A stretch of DNA of 64,000 bases from NCBI GenBank assembly GCA_046482545.1, contig JAWOEX010000028.1:64001-128000 (forward strand), in the 5' to 3' direction. The notes below the pieces were generated by a model that did not search any database, was not told the DNA's origin, and saw only the letters and a list, made by a program, of their open reading frames with translations. The DNA comes from Candidatus Thorarchaeota archaeon. GTDB lineage: Archaea; Asgardarchaeota; Thorarchaeia; Thorarchaeales; Thorarchaeaceae. Positions 45,825-56,256 of this stretch are shown here, piece after piece (position 1 is the stretch's first letter; each line of letters opens with the position of its first letter). The position numbers and the translations under genes were made by a program.

Positions 45825-48653
45825 ATGTACATGCTAGCCAGACTATCAGCAGACAAACAAAAGGTCCTTGCTACATTCCTCGTATTCTCTCTGTCAGCAG
45901 GTGTGCTCGGAGGTATCCTCTTTTACATGGATAGCATCCGCCCGGATGTACTTCAAGAGATGACCAATGATGTGTCGGTTGACATGCAGGTTGCCCTGTC
46001 ACAGCAGTTCTATGAACAGAACAGTACGACCATGGAGGAGATAGAGAATACCATTCAAGAGCAACAAGATGTGCAAGCTTCGGATATCCTGAGTATGGTA
46101 CGATCATACGACTGGAATGCTGCAACTTACGAGCTCCATGAACATATCTATCTCGGTCTCTCTCAAAACACGTTTTCATTGTTTCCACAAGCTTTTGACC
46201 TGCTTGCTAGCACAGCCACACTCAATGATTCCTCGTGTTATGTTGAAGCTGCTACTCTCGAACACTACGGGTTAGGCTTAGGAGACAATTTCACAGCTGT
46301 GGCACGAATCCACGAAGAGGGGACAGAGACTATCATAGAGAAAGAGTTCATAATTGTTGGATCTTTCCAAACAGGCCTTTACGTCCAGAGATGGTATTCT
46401 CATGAACAAGACATTTCCATGCTACGAATGGTGACCACGAAGAGCGGATTAGAAAACGCATTTCCTCAACTTGACCCTAGAGGATACGTTAGCAGAAAAA
46501 ATGTCATCTGGGTTGACCTTGATCAATCTTCAATCCTTTCATACGGCGATGCTCCACCCTCAGACAGAGCTGAGAACATTGGAAAACAAATAGAGCAGGA
46601 CACCCTGCCCTATGCCTACATATTAGAATACGCCCTAGAAAACACTTTCCGTTCATATACGGGATGGGCTCAAACAGTTACATACATTTCGCTGGCTTTC
46701 TCAATACCATCTTTGGTAATGGGCATCATGTTGGTTTACTACAATTCTGAGTTGCTTGCTAATCAGAGAAGAAAGAATGTCGGCACGCTAAAGACCCGAG
46801 GTGCATCTGGATGGCAGGCATTCAGATGGGTTCTGGTACAAGCTGTAATCGTCGCGTTTATTGGAAGCCTAGGCGCCATATTGGTCGGATTGTTATCGTC
46901 ATATCTATCAGGGTCAGTTCGAACCTTCTTGGAATTCAGCCTAGAAAGACTGGCTAGTTTCACTCTACTCCTGGAACCTGATGCCATTATGTGGGTATTC
47001 ATCTTCTCATTTGGAGTGGGACTTGTTGTTTCGATACCTACAGCAGTACAGGCACTTCTGATGTCTCCTGAGGAAGCACATGCGTCGCTCGAAAGGGAGG
47101 TGCTTCAGGAAGAGAGTAATCTCGGCAATCCATTCATCGATCTGGGAGCTGTTGGGATTTCAACATTCTTTCTGTTTTCCATGTTTTCAATGTTCTCGTA
47201 CGTTGCTTCGGGCTATGGTCCAGGAGGGGTCTACTTCAGTAGTGTTGTAGTTATCTTCATGGGTGTTTTTGTTGTGGGTCTTTCTCGACTCCTGTCCCGA
47301 GGGGGACCGAACGTGAAAGCAAAAATAGTATCTCGTCTGAAAACCAAGAAGTATGAACCTGGCTCTCGCCTGTTATCCCGCACGGTTATGATGTTTAAGA
47401 AGAGTGAATCACTTGCTGTGATATTCGTAGGTTTGGTGTTTACTGCCGGCCTGTTCTGTTCTATTTCTGCCCAAACAGGATTCAATCACACACGTTCTCT
47501 AAGCATGTTTGAAGCCGGCGGAGATATCGTTGTCAAGGTAAGGCCAGAAGTACAGAATATTACCCTGGACATGTTAGACGAAATCACCAGTATCGATGGT
47601 GTCAAGAATGCGTCTGGGGTATTGGAGACAGAGGGATACGTAGAGTACTGGCAGGCATACCGTAACGGTGAGTATTCCTACATAGAGCGTAGTATCAGTG
47701 TTTTCGGCGTGGAGGCAAAAGCTTGGGCTGAAACCGCATTCTTCCTGGACTATTTTGCCAATGACCAAACTCCAAAGCAATCCTTGCATGACATGTCACT
47801 CAGCAATCAAAGCGTAATCACTTCGTTCAAACCTATAGACGGATACTCAGGTAGTTACGGCGGTACGCAGTCCCCAATATATTCGGAGGAACTTGCAGTC
47901 AGACTAGAAGAGCCAGGATGGATCAATGAGTCTGAATGTCAAATCATTGATACGTTAGCGACTCTAGGTCAGTACGGCAGCTCAAATCAGTATTTTCCGG
48001 GAAGACCGGAGTTGAGCAGTTTTGTTATAATGAACCTTGACTATGTGCACGCATGTAAGAATACCAGTAGGGTTTCTAGCTTCTATGTTAAACTGAACAA
48101 GGGTGCAAACTATACGAGGATCATGGGAGAGATTGCAGACCTGTCTCAGTCATCATTTCAGAGTATCGAATCAGGACTCTTGAACCTTGACCAGTCACTT
48201 GACTCAAGAGCTGCACAGACGATATACGGCGTTTACACGTTGAATGTCGTTTTCTCATTGATCTATCTAACTGCCGGAATTGCGATAGTTACTTTTGTCA
48301 GAATACAGAATCTCAGGAGACCACTGTCGGTATTGAGAGCACTTGGAACAGAACGGAAATCGATAATGATTCCTATGCTTATCGATTCCTTGGCCACTAC
48401 TGCGGCAGCAGCAGGAGTTGGAGCGTTAATCGCGCTTGCTCTAACTGGATTTGCGATCCAAGTTCCCCTTAACTACATAGGAACATCACTTTCACTTACT
48501 TGGCTCAGGCTGCGAGTCGTGATTTCTGTGCCATTCTTGATTGTCGCTCTCATACTTTGCGTAACAGTGGCAGCGGTTCTTCTTACAACTTATTTTATCA
48601 CTAGAGCAACGCTGGAGAAAAATATAGCAGAGGAAATTCAGTACGTGAGTTGA
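45825..48653 (+). CDS. FtsX/MacB-family ABC permease (two fused halves)
   Basis: RRKNVGTLKTRGAS and LSVLRALG motifs; abuts the upstream permease. Confidence 0.88.
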   Translation: MYMLARLSADKQKVLATFLVFSLSAGVLGGILFYMDSIRPDVLQEMTNDVSVDMQVALSQQFYEQNSTTMEEIENTIQEQQDVQASDILSMVRSYDWNAATYELHEHIYLGLSQNTFSLFPQAFDLLASTATLNDSSCYVEAATLEHYGLGLGDNFTAVARIHEEGTETIIEKEFIIVGSFQTGLYVQRWYSHEQDISMLRMVTTKSGLENAFPQLDPRGYVSRKNVIWVDLDQSSILSYGDAPPSDRAENIGKQIEQDTLPYAYILEYALENTFRSYTGWAQTVTYISLAFSIPSLVMGIMLVYYNSELLANQRRKNVGTLKTRGASGWQAFRWVLVQAVIVAFIGSLGAILVGLLSSYLSGSVRTFLEFSLERLASFTLLLEPDAIMWVFIFSFGVGLVVSIPTAVQALLMSPEEAHASLEREVLQEESNLGNPFIDLGAVGISTFFLFSMFSMFSYVASGYGPGGVYFSSVVVIFMGVFVVGLSRLLSRGGPNVKAKIVSRLKTKKYEPGSRLLSRTVMMFKKSESLAVIFVGLVFTAGLFCSISAQTGFNHTRSLSMFEAGGDIVVKVRPEVQNITLDMLDEITSIDGVKNASGVLETEGYVEYWQAYRNGEYSYIERSISVFGVEAKAWAETAFFLDYFANDQTPKQSLHDMSLSNQSVITSFKPIDGYSGSYGGTQSPIYSEELAVRLEEPGWINESECQIIDTLATLGQYGSSNQYFPGRPELSSFVIMNLDYVHACKNTSRVSSFYVKLNKGANYTRIMGEIADLSQSSFQSIESGLLNLDQSLDSRAAQTIYGVYTLNVVFSLIYLTAGIAIVTFVRIQNLRRPLSVLRALGTERKSIMIPMLIDSLATTAAAAGVGALIALALTGFAIQVPLNYIGTSLSLTWLRLRVVISVPFLIVALILCVTVAAVLLTTYFITRATLEKNIAEEIQYVS

Positions 48654-49531
48654 GCATAATGGAAGACTTGGAGGAAATCGCAGAAGGAAACAAACTTGTA
48701 GTACGCGACCTGATGAAAGTGTATCGTAGAGGGCGCAAGGAGGTCATTGCCCTAAGGGGTATGGATTTTGAGGTAGGCCATGGAGAGTTCATTTCAATAG
48801 TTGGGCCGTCAGGATCAGGAAAATCTACGCTTCTGAAACTCATAGGAGCCCTAGATAGGCCTACTGCAGGAAAGGTGCTATTTGATGGGCATAATATCAC
48901 ACTCCTTGATGACCGGCGCGCAATGTTGTATCGAAGGAAGAAAGTAGGTTTTGTTTGGCAGGTCGGAAACCTCATTCCGGGATTGTCTGCGTTGAAGAAC
49001 GTGAAAGTCCCAATGAATCTTGCAGATGCGCCCAAAGACAAAACAGACAAACGAGCCAAGTCTCTACTAAAGACATTCAATTTGGAGCACAGGATGGATC
49101 ACAAGCCGAACCAGCTATCAGGGGGAGAGAATCAACGGGTAGCCATTTGTGTAGCACTTGCAAACCAACCAGAGCTTCTGCTCGCGGACGAGGTTACCGG
49201 CGAACTTGATACCGAAACAGCCGACATCGTCATGAAAGCTTTGCGAAAAACTAACCGCGAATTCAGAACAACGATTGTTAATGTAACGCATAATCCTCGT
49301 GTTGCTGAATATGCAGATCGAATCTTGCGTATCAGAGATGGTCTCATTGAGGGGCAGAAGCATGTGCTCTATGGTGACATATCAGAAGTAGATGCAAAAG
49401 GTCGCATGGTCATTCCTGAAGCTATCAGGCGGATGGCCGGAATTGAGAAACGTGTAGTGCTGAAAGCGACATCCAAAGGACTACTTGTTACTCCATTGGA
49501 AATGGAAGAAGAGAACAATCAAGAATCATAG
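48650..49531 (+). CDS. ABC ATP-binding protein with C-terminal AbrB/SpoVT-like domain
   Basis: GPSGSGKST, LSGGENQRV, ADEVTGELD; C-terminal VDAKGRMVIPEAIRR. Confidence 0.92.
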   Translation: MSIMEDLEEIAEGNKLVVRDLMKVYRRGRKEVIALRGMDFEVGHGEFISIVGPSGSGKSTLLKLIGALDRPTAGKVLFDGHNITLLDDRRAMLYRRKKVGFVWQVGNLIPGLSALKNVKVPMNLADAPKDKTDKRAKSLLKTFNLEHRMDHKPNQLSGGENQRVAICVALANQPELLLADEVTGELDTETADIVMKALRKTNREFRTTIVNVTHNPRVAEYADRILRIRDGLIEGQKHVLYGDISEVDAKGRMVIPEAIRRMAGIEKRVVLKATSKGLLVTPLEMEEENNQES

Positions 49532-49617
49532 AATGTGCAAACCCTATTAACCTGATTGCAGGTTTTCTGCCAGCAGAGACGAGACAATAGAGGGCTCATT
49601 CGAGACAGATAAGTGAG

Positions 49618-49902
49618 ATGGCAATCTCTATGAAGTTCCCTCTTTGAAAGGAACATGAACTAAATACGGAGCAAGACGGACTACTATAGTCGTATCATGC
49701 AATAATAATCTCGTTCGGTATTTTCTTCTTCGGTCTCAATGTATACATCTTGACTAAATGGCTTTCCCATCCCATGCGAATAAGTTGTGGCTGATTGGTG
49801 TTTTCGGGGATTATCTATACTGTTGCATTCTTCTCGATGCTTAGGAAACACCAGCAGCATTTGCTTGAAGCAAAGGGGATAGAAGAGGACATAGAGAACT
49901 GA
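49618..49902 (+). pseudogene. Small 2-TM membrane protein frame interrupted by three in-frame stops
   Basis: One frame reads MAISMKFPL*KEHELNTEQDGLL*SYHAIIISFGIFFFGLNVYILTKWLSHPMRISCG*LVFSGIIYTVAFFSMLRKHQQHLLEAKGIEEDIEN*. Confidence 0.5.
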
Positions 49903-49904
49903 GT

Positions 49905-50816
49905 CTATTCACCTCTTTCAGAACTGTTTTTGCGGTATGTGAGAAGCATATCATCCATGAAATCATCAATATAAATCAGTAGTTCTCTTGGTTCATCTAC
50001 GATGACAGTAACTCGATAGATAATCGCAGTATTAGTAGTGTCCCACACCTGATATTTCGGCTTAACGAGAAATTGTTCTTCCCACTCCTCGCAAACTCTA
50101 TCGAAATTATCTCTTAGAGCACCATAATCACAACTGTAGTGCACAGTTAAGTCGAATGTATAGCGATAAGCCGTCTCTGTGTGAGTGATAGCCTTGAGTT
50201 TGGAAATCACCGTACTCAGAGTCTTTCTCTCAGCAGAGTCCTCAGTCTGCAATCGGTAAGTGGTTATGTCCTTGATGAGATCGCTGAGATTCATTCGAAA
50301 ATTAACGACATCGCTCTTAAGGACCTTCGAATTCGGAATTCTCAGTCTTGTTTTGTCTGGTTGCAGTATTCGGGTATAGCTCAAAGTGACATCTGTCACA
50401 ATTCCTTCGTGGTTACCGATTCTGACATAGTCGCCTACCTTGAACGGGCGGGCTATGATAATGTAAAGGCCATTAACTATTTCTCCAACAGATTGTGAGA
50501 AGGCAAGGCCAAGAGCTGTTCCGAAAAGTGTGGCGAGGGAAATCAGTTCAGCATAAACGGGACGAAGCGTATCCAATACCAAGAATGCAGCAACCACGAC
50601 GAAAATCACACGAATAACCAGACTAATACCTGTAGATGCTTGGCCTGAAAGGCCCACTTTTTCCAATCTGGAACTGAGTCCACGAGTGACCACCGCATAG
50701 ACAATCACCAAGAGGAATAACTCGATGAGTAGAAAAACCAGATATTGAAAGTCGGTAAACAGCTTAACAATGGATTCAATAAGATTCTCAAAAAAGCTGA
50801 TTTGAATCACTGGCAT
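49905..50816 (-). CDS. mscS: Small-conductance mechanosensitive channel family protein
   Basis: ALGLAFSQ...G-x6-RPFKVGDYVRI-x4-G-x-V-x2-V-x-L-x-YT...IPNS. Confidence 0.85.
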   Translation of the reverse strand: MPVIQISFFENLIESIVKLFTDFQYLVFLLIELFLLVIVYAVVTRGLSSRLEKVGLSGQASTGISLVIRVIFVVVAAFLVLDTLRPVYAELISLATLFGTALGLAFSQSVGEIVNGLYIIIARPFKVGDYVRIGNHEGIVTDVTLSYTRILQPDKTRLRIPNSKVLKSDVVNFRMNLSDLIKDITTYRLQTEDSAERKTLSTVISKLKAITHTETAYRYTFDLTVHYSCDYGALRDNFDRVCEEWEEQFLVKPKYQVWDTTNTAIIYRVTVIVDEPRELLIYIDDFMDDMLLTYRKNSSERGE

Positions 50817-50952
50817 TTACCTCACTTAGCTTAACCCTCCAAGGATTTATGCCTTCGCATGCTCTTGGATACCTTGATTCTCTCACAATGGCATCACAAT
50901 AAAAGCAATCCACCATGAGTGTATTAATGCCAAACCAAGTAAAGCATTTGGT

Positions 50953-52257
50953 TCAGGGGTACGTCCTTCGTACCGTCCTTGGAAAAGGGATGACATCTCT
51001 GATATGACTAAGATTAAGCATCCATCTGATTAGTCGGTCCAAGCCCACACCGAAACCTGAATGTGGAACGCTACCGTATCTCCGTATATCAATGAACCAT
51101 TCGTACTTCGCAGGGTCGTCACCTGTTGCCTTGATATTCTCAACCAAAATATCAGGATTATCTTCTCTCTGACTGCCCCCTATGATTTCGCCGAATCCTT
51201 CAGGTGCCAACAAATCGTTGTTCTTGTATGTCCGGGAATCAGCCTCGTTGTGTTTCATATAGAAGCTCTTGATTTCTTTCGGGTAGTACTCGATAAATAG
51301 GAAAGTATCTCTACCCTCAGTAAGAACATCCTCGGCTTCGGTTCGAATATCCTCCCCCCAGCTGATATCTACGCCAGCTTCGCGACAGAGCTCAATTGCC
51401 TCTGTATAACTCATTCTCTCAAATGGCGTTTCAATCTTGAGAAGGCGGTCCTTCGGCACCGCCATTTCTTCCAGCGCCTTCACTTCATTCTCGGCCACGG
51501 AATGACAGATATGGGTGATGAGCTCCTCTTGACGCTTCACATTGCATTCATGGTCACACCAAGCTTCTTCTGCTTCTAGATGCCAGAATTCAGTAAGATG
51601 CTTCCGAGTTCGTGACTTCTCACCTCGGAAAGACGGTGCCAATGTGAACACCCGCTCCAGCGCATAAAGCTGAGGCTCAAGATGCATTTGGGATGTCTGA
51701 GTAAGATACATCGTATCGCCAAAATAATCCACTTCAAACAGCTCAGCGCCTTCTTCACCCATTGTAGATACAAACATTGGAGAGGTTGTCTCAAAGAACC
51801 CGCTATCTCGCAGATACTCTCGAGACGATCGAAATACTTCATCTCTAACCTTAAGGGCGTTCGTCATAGCCCTCGAACGCATCCAGAGGTGGCGATTGTC
51901 GTTCAGGAATTCAATGCTTTGATTCTCTGTGATTGGAAACTCGTCAGCGAAATCGAGAACGTTCAAGTCTGTAACTTGGATTTCGAAGCCGCCTTTTGCT
52001 CTTGAATCCTCTTTGACGGTTCCATGTATTTCAACGAGTGACTCTATCAGCATCTTCTGGGCATCTTCATACTCATCCTCTGACACAGCATTACTCTTGA
52101 TTACAGTTTGAATAACACCAGTATGGTCACGGACAATAGCAAAGACCATATTCTTCTGTTTGCGTATTCTGTGGATCCATCCTCTAAGATGGACTTCTTT
52201 GCCTATTAGCTCGCCTTCAAGAATCTCATCAACATGACTGTATTTCATAATCGACAC
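50953..52257 (-). CDS. asnS: Asparagine--tRNA ligase
   Basis: N-terminal OB (LRGW-x3-IR), YLTQTSQMHLE, FRGEKSRTRKHLTEFWHLEAE, GEIIGGSQRE, RRYGSVPHSGFG. Confidence 0.92.
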   Translation of the reverse strand: MSIMKYSHVDEILEGELIGKEVHLRGWIHRIRKQKNMVFAIVRDHTGVIQTVIKSNAVSEDEYEDAQKMLIESLVEIHGTVKEDSRAKGGFEIQVTDLNVLDFADEFPITENQSIEFLNDNRHLWMRSRAMTNALKVRDEVFRSSREYLRDSGFFETTSPMFVSTMGEEGAELFEVDYFGDTMYLTQTSQMHLEPQLYALERVFTLAPSFRGEKSRTRKHLTEFWHLEAEEAWCDHECNVKRQEELITHICHSVAENEVKALEEMAVPKDRLLKIETPFERMSYTEAIELCREAGVDISWGEDIRTEAEDVLTEGRDTFLFIEYYPKEIKSFYMKHNEADSRTYKNNDLLAPEGFGEIIGGSQREDNPDILVENIKATGDDPAKYEWFIDIRRYGSVPHSGFGVGLDRLIRWMLNLSHIRDVIPFPRTVRRTYP

Positions 52258-52357
52258 CAGGGAATGCTAGACCATCAAACGAGGGTGTTTTCTCACAATC
52301 AAGCGCTCGCCTGTCCGAATAAAAGGATGACGGCGCAAAGGGAGGCTGAGGCTTCTT

Positions 52358-54283
52358 TTACCTGTAGCGAACATACCAGATAATCAAGCCCGCAATCACA
52401 CCGATACCTCCAATGGCAGTAATACCAAGTAAATAGGTTTGAAGCAAAGGTGGTGAAACGACAACCTTCACGGGTGCTCTCACAGTATTTCCACCAAGAT
52501 CCTCTACTACTAGGACTACCCAATGAACGCCATCGGACAAACCACCAAAATCAAATTCGATTATTTCAGATTCCCAAGCTCCAGATTCAATCGTGAAGCC
52601 ATCAATTTCAATCGAGTAATTTGACATGAATTCATCCGTGACAGTCCAGTTGCGAACGACGTTGAGTTCACCCCGGTAATAATGAATCTCAGATGGCGTA
52701 TAGACAACTGTTGGTGCGATGTCATCTCTCTTCACCCTAACGGTTACGTTATCTATGCCTATGTTCCCACTAGTATCATTTGCAATCAGAGAATATTCGT
52801 AGAGGCCAATATTCAGTCCTTCTAGTGAAACCGTGACTCTGGGGCTATCAGGGTCAAGAGTTCCTGATTTTACCTCGGAACCATTTTGGAGTATTCGATA
52901 CCTATCCATGTGATCATCAGAGACATTCCACGTAATCGAGTAACCGGTTTCAGTATAATAGAACTCGATGGTTTCGTCTGGACCCTCAACAACAGGCGTT
53001 ACATTCTCATAAACAAGAACAGTAATTGTATCGCTGGCCAAGTTCTCGTTCTGGTCATACGCCTCTAAAGTAACCTCATAGGCTCCCAAGTCATAGCCAG
53101 TCATATTGAATGTATAGTCATAAGGAGTGCTGTTCCATGTTTCATTGGATTGCTTGGAACCATCAACATATACGGTTATGTTATGGGGGTACTCATCCTC
53201 AAGGTGCCATGTGATTGTCATATTTGGGGTGCCTATGAGGAACTCTTGATTCCCAGGCGAAACCAGAATGGGGTCGCGGATGTCTGCTGAAACTTCGGTC
53301 AGATTATACGAATAATCGCCAAGCCCCAATGGCTCGCCAGAAAGTGTCACCGTCCAGTTGATAAAAGCAACAGGCAGATCAACAAATACCAAGGTACCAT
53401 TTTCTCCAGTTAACCTTGCATCAATTACAGTTCCATTCTTGTAAGTGACATTCACGAGAGCTCCAGCAACGGGATTCAATGAATCCTCGTAATAGATGAA
53501 GATATCCAAATCATAGTAGTCCGAATCACCTGCAGTGGGTCCAATCTGCTGATGAACCTTAATCAAAGTTCCATCTGATGTGAAGTTCCCCTGATCCAAT
53601 ACATATCCATCATAGTCACCAGATGCCACGGTCACATACCATGTGTAATTTCCTTCGGGTACATCCTCCATATATACAACGCCATCTGCTCCTACCGTTG
53701 TTTGGTTGTGTATGGTAGAGTTTTCTTGGAAATGTACAGAGAAGTTCAGGCCTTCACCAGGGTTACCGTCGATATCAAGAATAGTTGCATTAAGATCATC
53801 ATCGTCGTCGTCCCAGTCAAGATTTCCAATTTCCACTTCAACGATAGCTTCAGGTCCGTCAGACACGAAGACGCCCGTTTCGTAGACATTTTCGTCATAA
53901 TCGCCCAAAGCTGTCTCAAGGGTTACATTCCAGATGTACTCTCCAACTGGAATATCGTAGAATTCTGCCGCACCGGTTCCGGACGTCAGTTTTGAACTGT
54001 ATAGGCTCAGGTCACTGCTATTATACAATGAGACATTCGCCTGGGCGATGGGATACTCAGTAGAATGGTTGTACACATGGAAGATTAGGTCATCATCATC
54101 GAAGTCACCGTCATGGAAGGTTTCATTGATGACAAGCAAATCAGTCCCAGATGTTTCAAAAGGCGATGATGGTGAAGAGATAGTTTCAACTTCTCTCCGC
54201 TCAATCAATGAAGCAGTGCTTACCAAGTTTACGAATACTAGAAACGCCAGAATAAACGCGATGGTTCTTCTCCTTGAAATCAT
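52358..54283 (-). CDS. Cell-surface protein with Ig-like repeats and C-terminal TM anchor
   Basis: Signal peptide; Asp-rich DGDFDDDD and DWDDDDDD motifs; repeats like those of 15930..17669; TM + RYR. Confidence 0.8.
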   Translation of the reverse strand: MISRRRTIAFILAFLVFVNLVSTASLIERREVETISSPSSPFETSGTDLLVINETFHDGDFDDDDLIFHVYNHSTEYPIAQANVSLYNSSDLSLYSSKLTSGTGAAEFYDIPVGEYIWNVTLETALGDYDENVYETGVFVSDGPEAIVEVEIGNLDWDDDDDDLNATILDIDGNPGEGLNFSVHFQENSTIHNQTTVGADGVVYMEDVPEGNYTWYVTVASGDYDGYVLDQGNFTSDGTLIKVHQQIGPTAGDSDYYDLDIFIYYEDSLNPVAGALVNVTYKNGTVIDARLTGENGTLVFVDLPVAFINWTVTLSGEPLGLGDYSYNLTEVSADIRDPILVSPGNQEFLIGTPNMTITWHLEDEYPHNITVYVDGSKQSNETWNSTPYDYTFNMTGYDLGAYEVTLEAYDQNENLASDTITVLVYENVTPVVEGPDETIEFYYTETGYSITWNVSDDHMDRYRILQNGSEVKSGTLDPDSPRVTVSLEGLNIGLYEYSLIANDTSGNIGIDNVTVRVKRDDIAPTVVYTPSEIHYYRGELNVVRNWTVTDEFMSNYSIEIDGFTIESGAWESEIIEFDFGGLSDGVHWVVLVVEDLGGNTVRAPVKVVVSPPLLQTYLLGITAIGGIGVIAGLIIWYVRYR

Positions 54284-54712
54284 TCAGGTGTCACTCTCTG
54301 AGCTACGATGATGAAATGGACCACTAAATCGCTTGGCGGCGTCGAACCCTTATACAGCATAAAAGGGTTTCCCAGCGTCCTACGAAAGGTACCACCAGCG
54401 GCAGCAGTCTTGAGATAATTGGTTCCAAATAATCTCATGAAATCCGGATAATGAGCTATCTATTAATCTTAGGATAGTCCCCGAAGTGTACCACAAGAAT
54501 ACGTGGACACGCCAGAAATAGGGCAGACGCATACGTTCACACAAAAGGTCTTCAAAGAAAGTTTTTCTAATTCGGTCTTTCCATGAGTTATCGTTACAGA
54601 AATGAGATCTAACACTTCAGTCATATCATCAGGATAGATTATTCCACCAAACGCTTAATATAAAATACAATCACCGTTCCTCAAAGTCCACACAGAACGA
54701 GAGGATTATTGA

Positions 54713-55384
54713 ATGAGTACTCATGACGGCAGAGAGGACCATAGCACTGGATTCCTCTTCATAATAGAAGGGATTGATGGGACAGGGAAGACTACTCAGG
54801 CAAGAAAGCTGGAAGACCGCTTGAAAGACGCCGGTTATGATGTCGTCAGACTGCACGAGCCAACGGACAGCGAATGGGGAACTAAGATCAGGAATCTTGC
54901 GATTCATGGTCGTACCGTGAATCCCAGACAGGAATTAGAGTACTTCATCAATGACAGGAAGATTGATGTTGAGAAATACATCAAACCATCTCTTTCCGCT
55001 GGACAAATAGTGATTATGGATAGATACTATCTTTCAAACGTAGCATATCAAGGTGCCCTCGGGATTGATCCAGAGGAAATACTTGAGATGAATGACTTTG
55101 CACCAAGACCGGATTTGATTTTGATTCTGGATGTTGCTCCTGAGATAGGATTGAGTAGAATCAATGATAGAGAGAATGGTCAACCGAATTACTTCGAAGA
55201 CCCCGAATATCTCACCAAAGTTAGGAAGATCTTCAGATGGCTAGAAAGGAATCTGAGTAACGCTCAGATTATCGATGCCACCCCACCTGTGGAAGACATC
55301 GCGAAAAGAATCTGGAATGTGATTATCACGTATATTGAGAAAAATGCAGGAACAACTCGACCACGAATTGAAGAGACTTCATAG
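54713..55384 (+). CDS. tmk: Thymidylate kinase
   Basis: IIEGIDGTGKTTQ, HEP, IMDRYYLSNVAYQG, PDL-x3-LDV. Confidence 0.95.
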   Translation: MSTHDGREDHSTGFLFIIEGIDGTGKTTQARKLEDRLKDAGYDVVRLHEPTDSEWGTKIRNLAIHGRTVNPRQELEYFINDRKIDVEKYIKPSLSAGQIVIMDRYYLSNVAYQGALGIDPEEILEMNDFAPRPDLILILDVAPEIGLSRINDRENGQPNYFEDPEYLTKVRKIFRWLERNLSNAQIIDATPPVEDIAKRIWNVIITYIEKNAGTTRPRIEETS

Positions 55385-55530
55385 AAGAACGAGTGAAAGG
55401 GGTCGATCCAAGGAACCTGCAAGAATGAATAGCGATTTCAGTGAGAAGGTAACGGATTCTGTGTGTATGACTATCCACATGAGTAAACATGAGAGAACTC
55501 GACGCTCCTTTCGTGGCATTTAAAAAGGCA

Positions 55531-55568
55531 TTTATATATGGCTTGACCAGCGCACCCCCCTATATAAA
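55531..55568 (+). promoter_or_regulatory. tbp promoter: TATA box (55531-55538) with an inverted TATA box (55561-55568)
   Basis: AAAAAGGCA (BRE-like) TTTATATA...TATATAAA. Confidence 0.65.
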
Positions 55569-55576
55569 GGCGGAGA

Positions 55577-56188
55577 ATGATTACAATGGACGAAAAGAAG
55601 AAGCCGGAACCAACCACGAAAATCGAGAACGTTGTTGCGTCAGTAATCCTGAATCAGAGATTGGACCTTGACGAAATCGCAGCTACAATGCCCAATGTCG
55701 AGTTCGATCCTGAGCAGTTCCCCGGACTTGTGTACAGACTTAAGAAACCAAAAACTGCCACTCTCATCTTCAATAGCGGTAAAATGGTCTGCACTGGAGC
55801 CAAGAGCGAAAAAGAATCCAAGAGAGCTGTTCATAAGATTGTAAAAAATATCCGCGAGGCGGGTATCGAAATCACAGGCAAACCAATCATCGTCGTACAA
55901 AACATAGTAGCTAGTGCAAGTCTTGGATACGAGCTTAATCTTGAGCTTGCGGCAATGACTTTAGAAAACACCTTGTACGAACCGGAACAGTTCCCTGGTT
56001 TAATTTACAGGATGAGAGACCCGAAAGTGGTTATTCTCCTCTTTGGTTCGGGCAAGCTTGTTATCACCGGAGCCAAGTTCGAGCCTCAAATCGATGAGGC
56101 TGCACACAAAGTGATGGATCGCCTGCTTGAACTCGGTGTCATGCGTCTAGAGGAAGAGGAAGAAGAGGAAATCGTGCTAGAGTTCTAG
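55577..56188 (+). CDS. tbp: TATA-box-binding protein
   Basis: Two repeats IENVVAS / VQNIVAS, each with PEQFPGL-x-YR and F-x-SGK; acidic tail. Confidence 0.98.
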   Translation: MITMDEKKKPEPTTKIENVVASVILNQRLDLDEIAATMPNVEFDPEQFPGLVYRLKKPKTATLIFNSGKMVCTGAKSEKESKRAVHKIVKNIREAGIEITGKPIIVVQNIVASASLGYELNLELAAMTLENTLYEPEQFPGLIYRMRDPKVVILLFGSGKLVITGAKFEPQIDEAAHKVMDRLLELGVMRLEEEEEEEIVLEF

Positions 56189-56220
56189 CCAAGCTTACAG
56201 GGAATATTTAAGAAAAGAAT

Positions 56221-56256
56221 AGGATTCGAAGATAATCGAATCCTTGTTTTTTTTTT
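56221..56256 (+). terminator. Hairpin + T10 terminator of tbp
   Basis: AGGATTCGA/TCGAATCCT 9-bp stem then TG-T10. Confidence 0.75.

Noticed and set aside
54330-54377. Hairpin AACCCTT/AAGGGTT upstream of the surface-protein gene as a riboswitch
   Set aside because: Single modest stem overlapping a likely promoter; no known aptamer pattern
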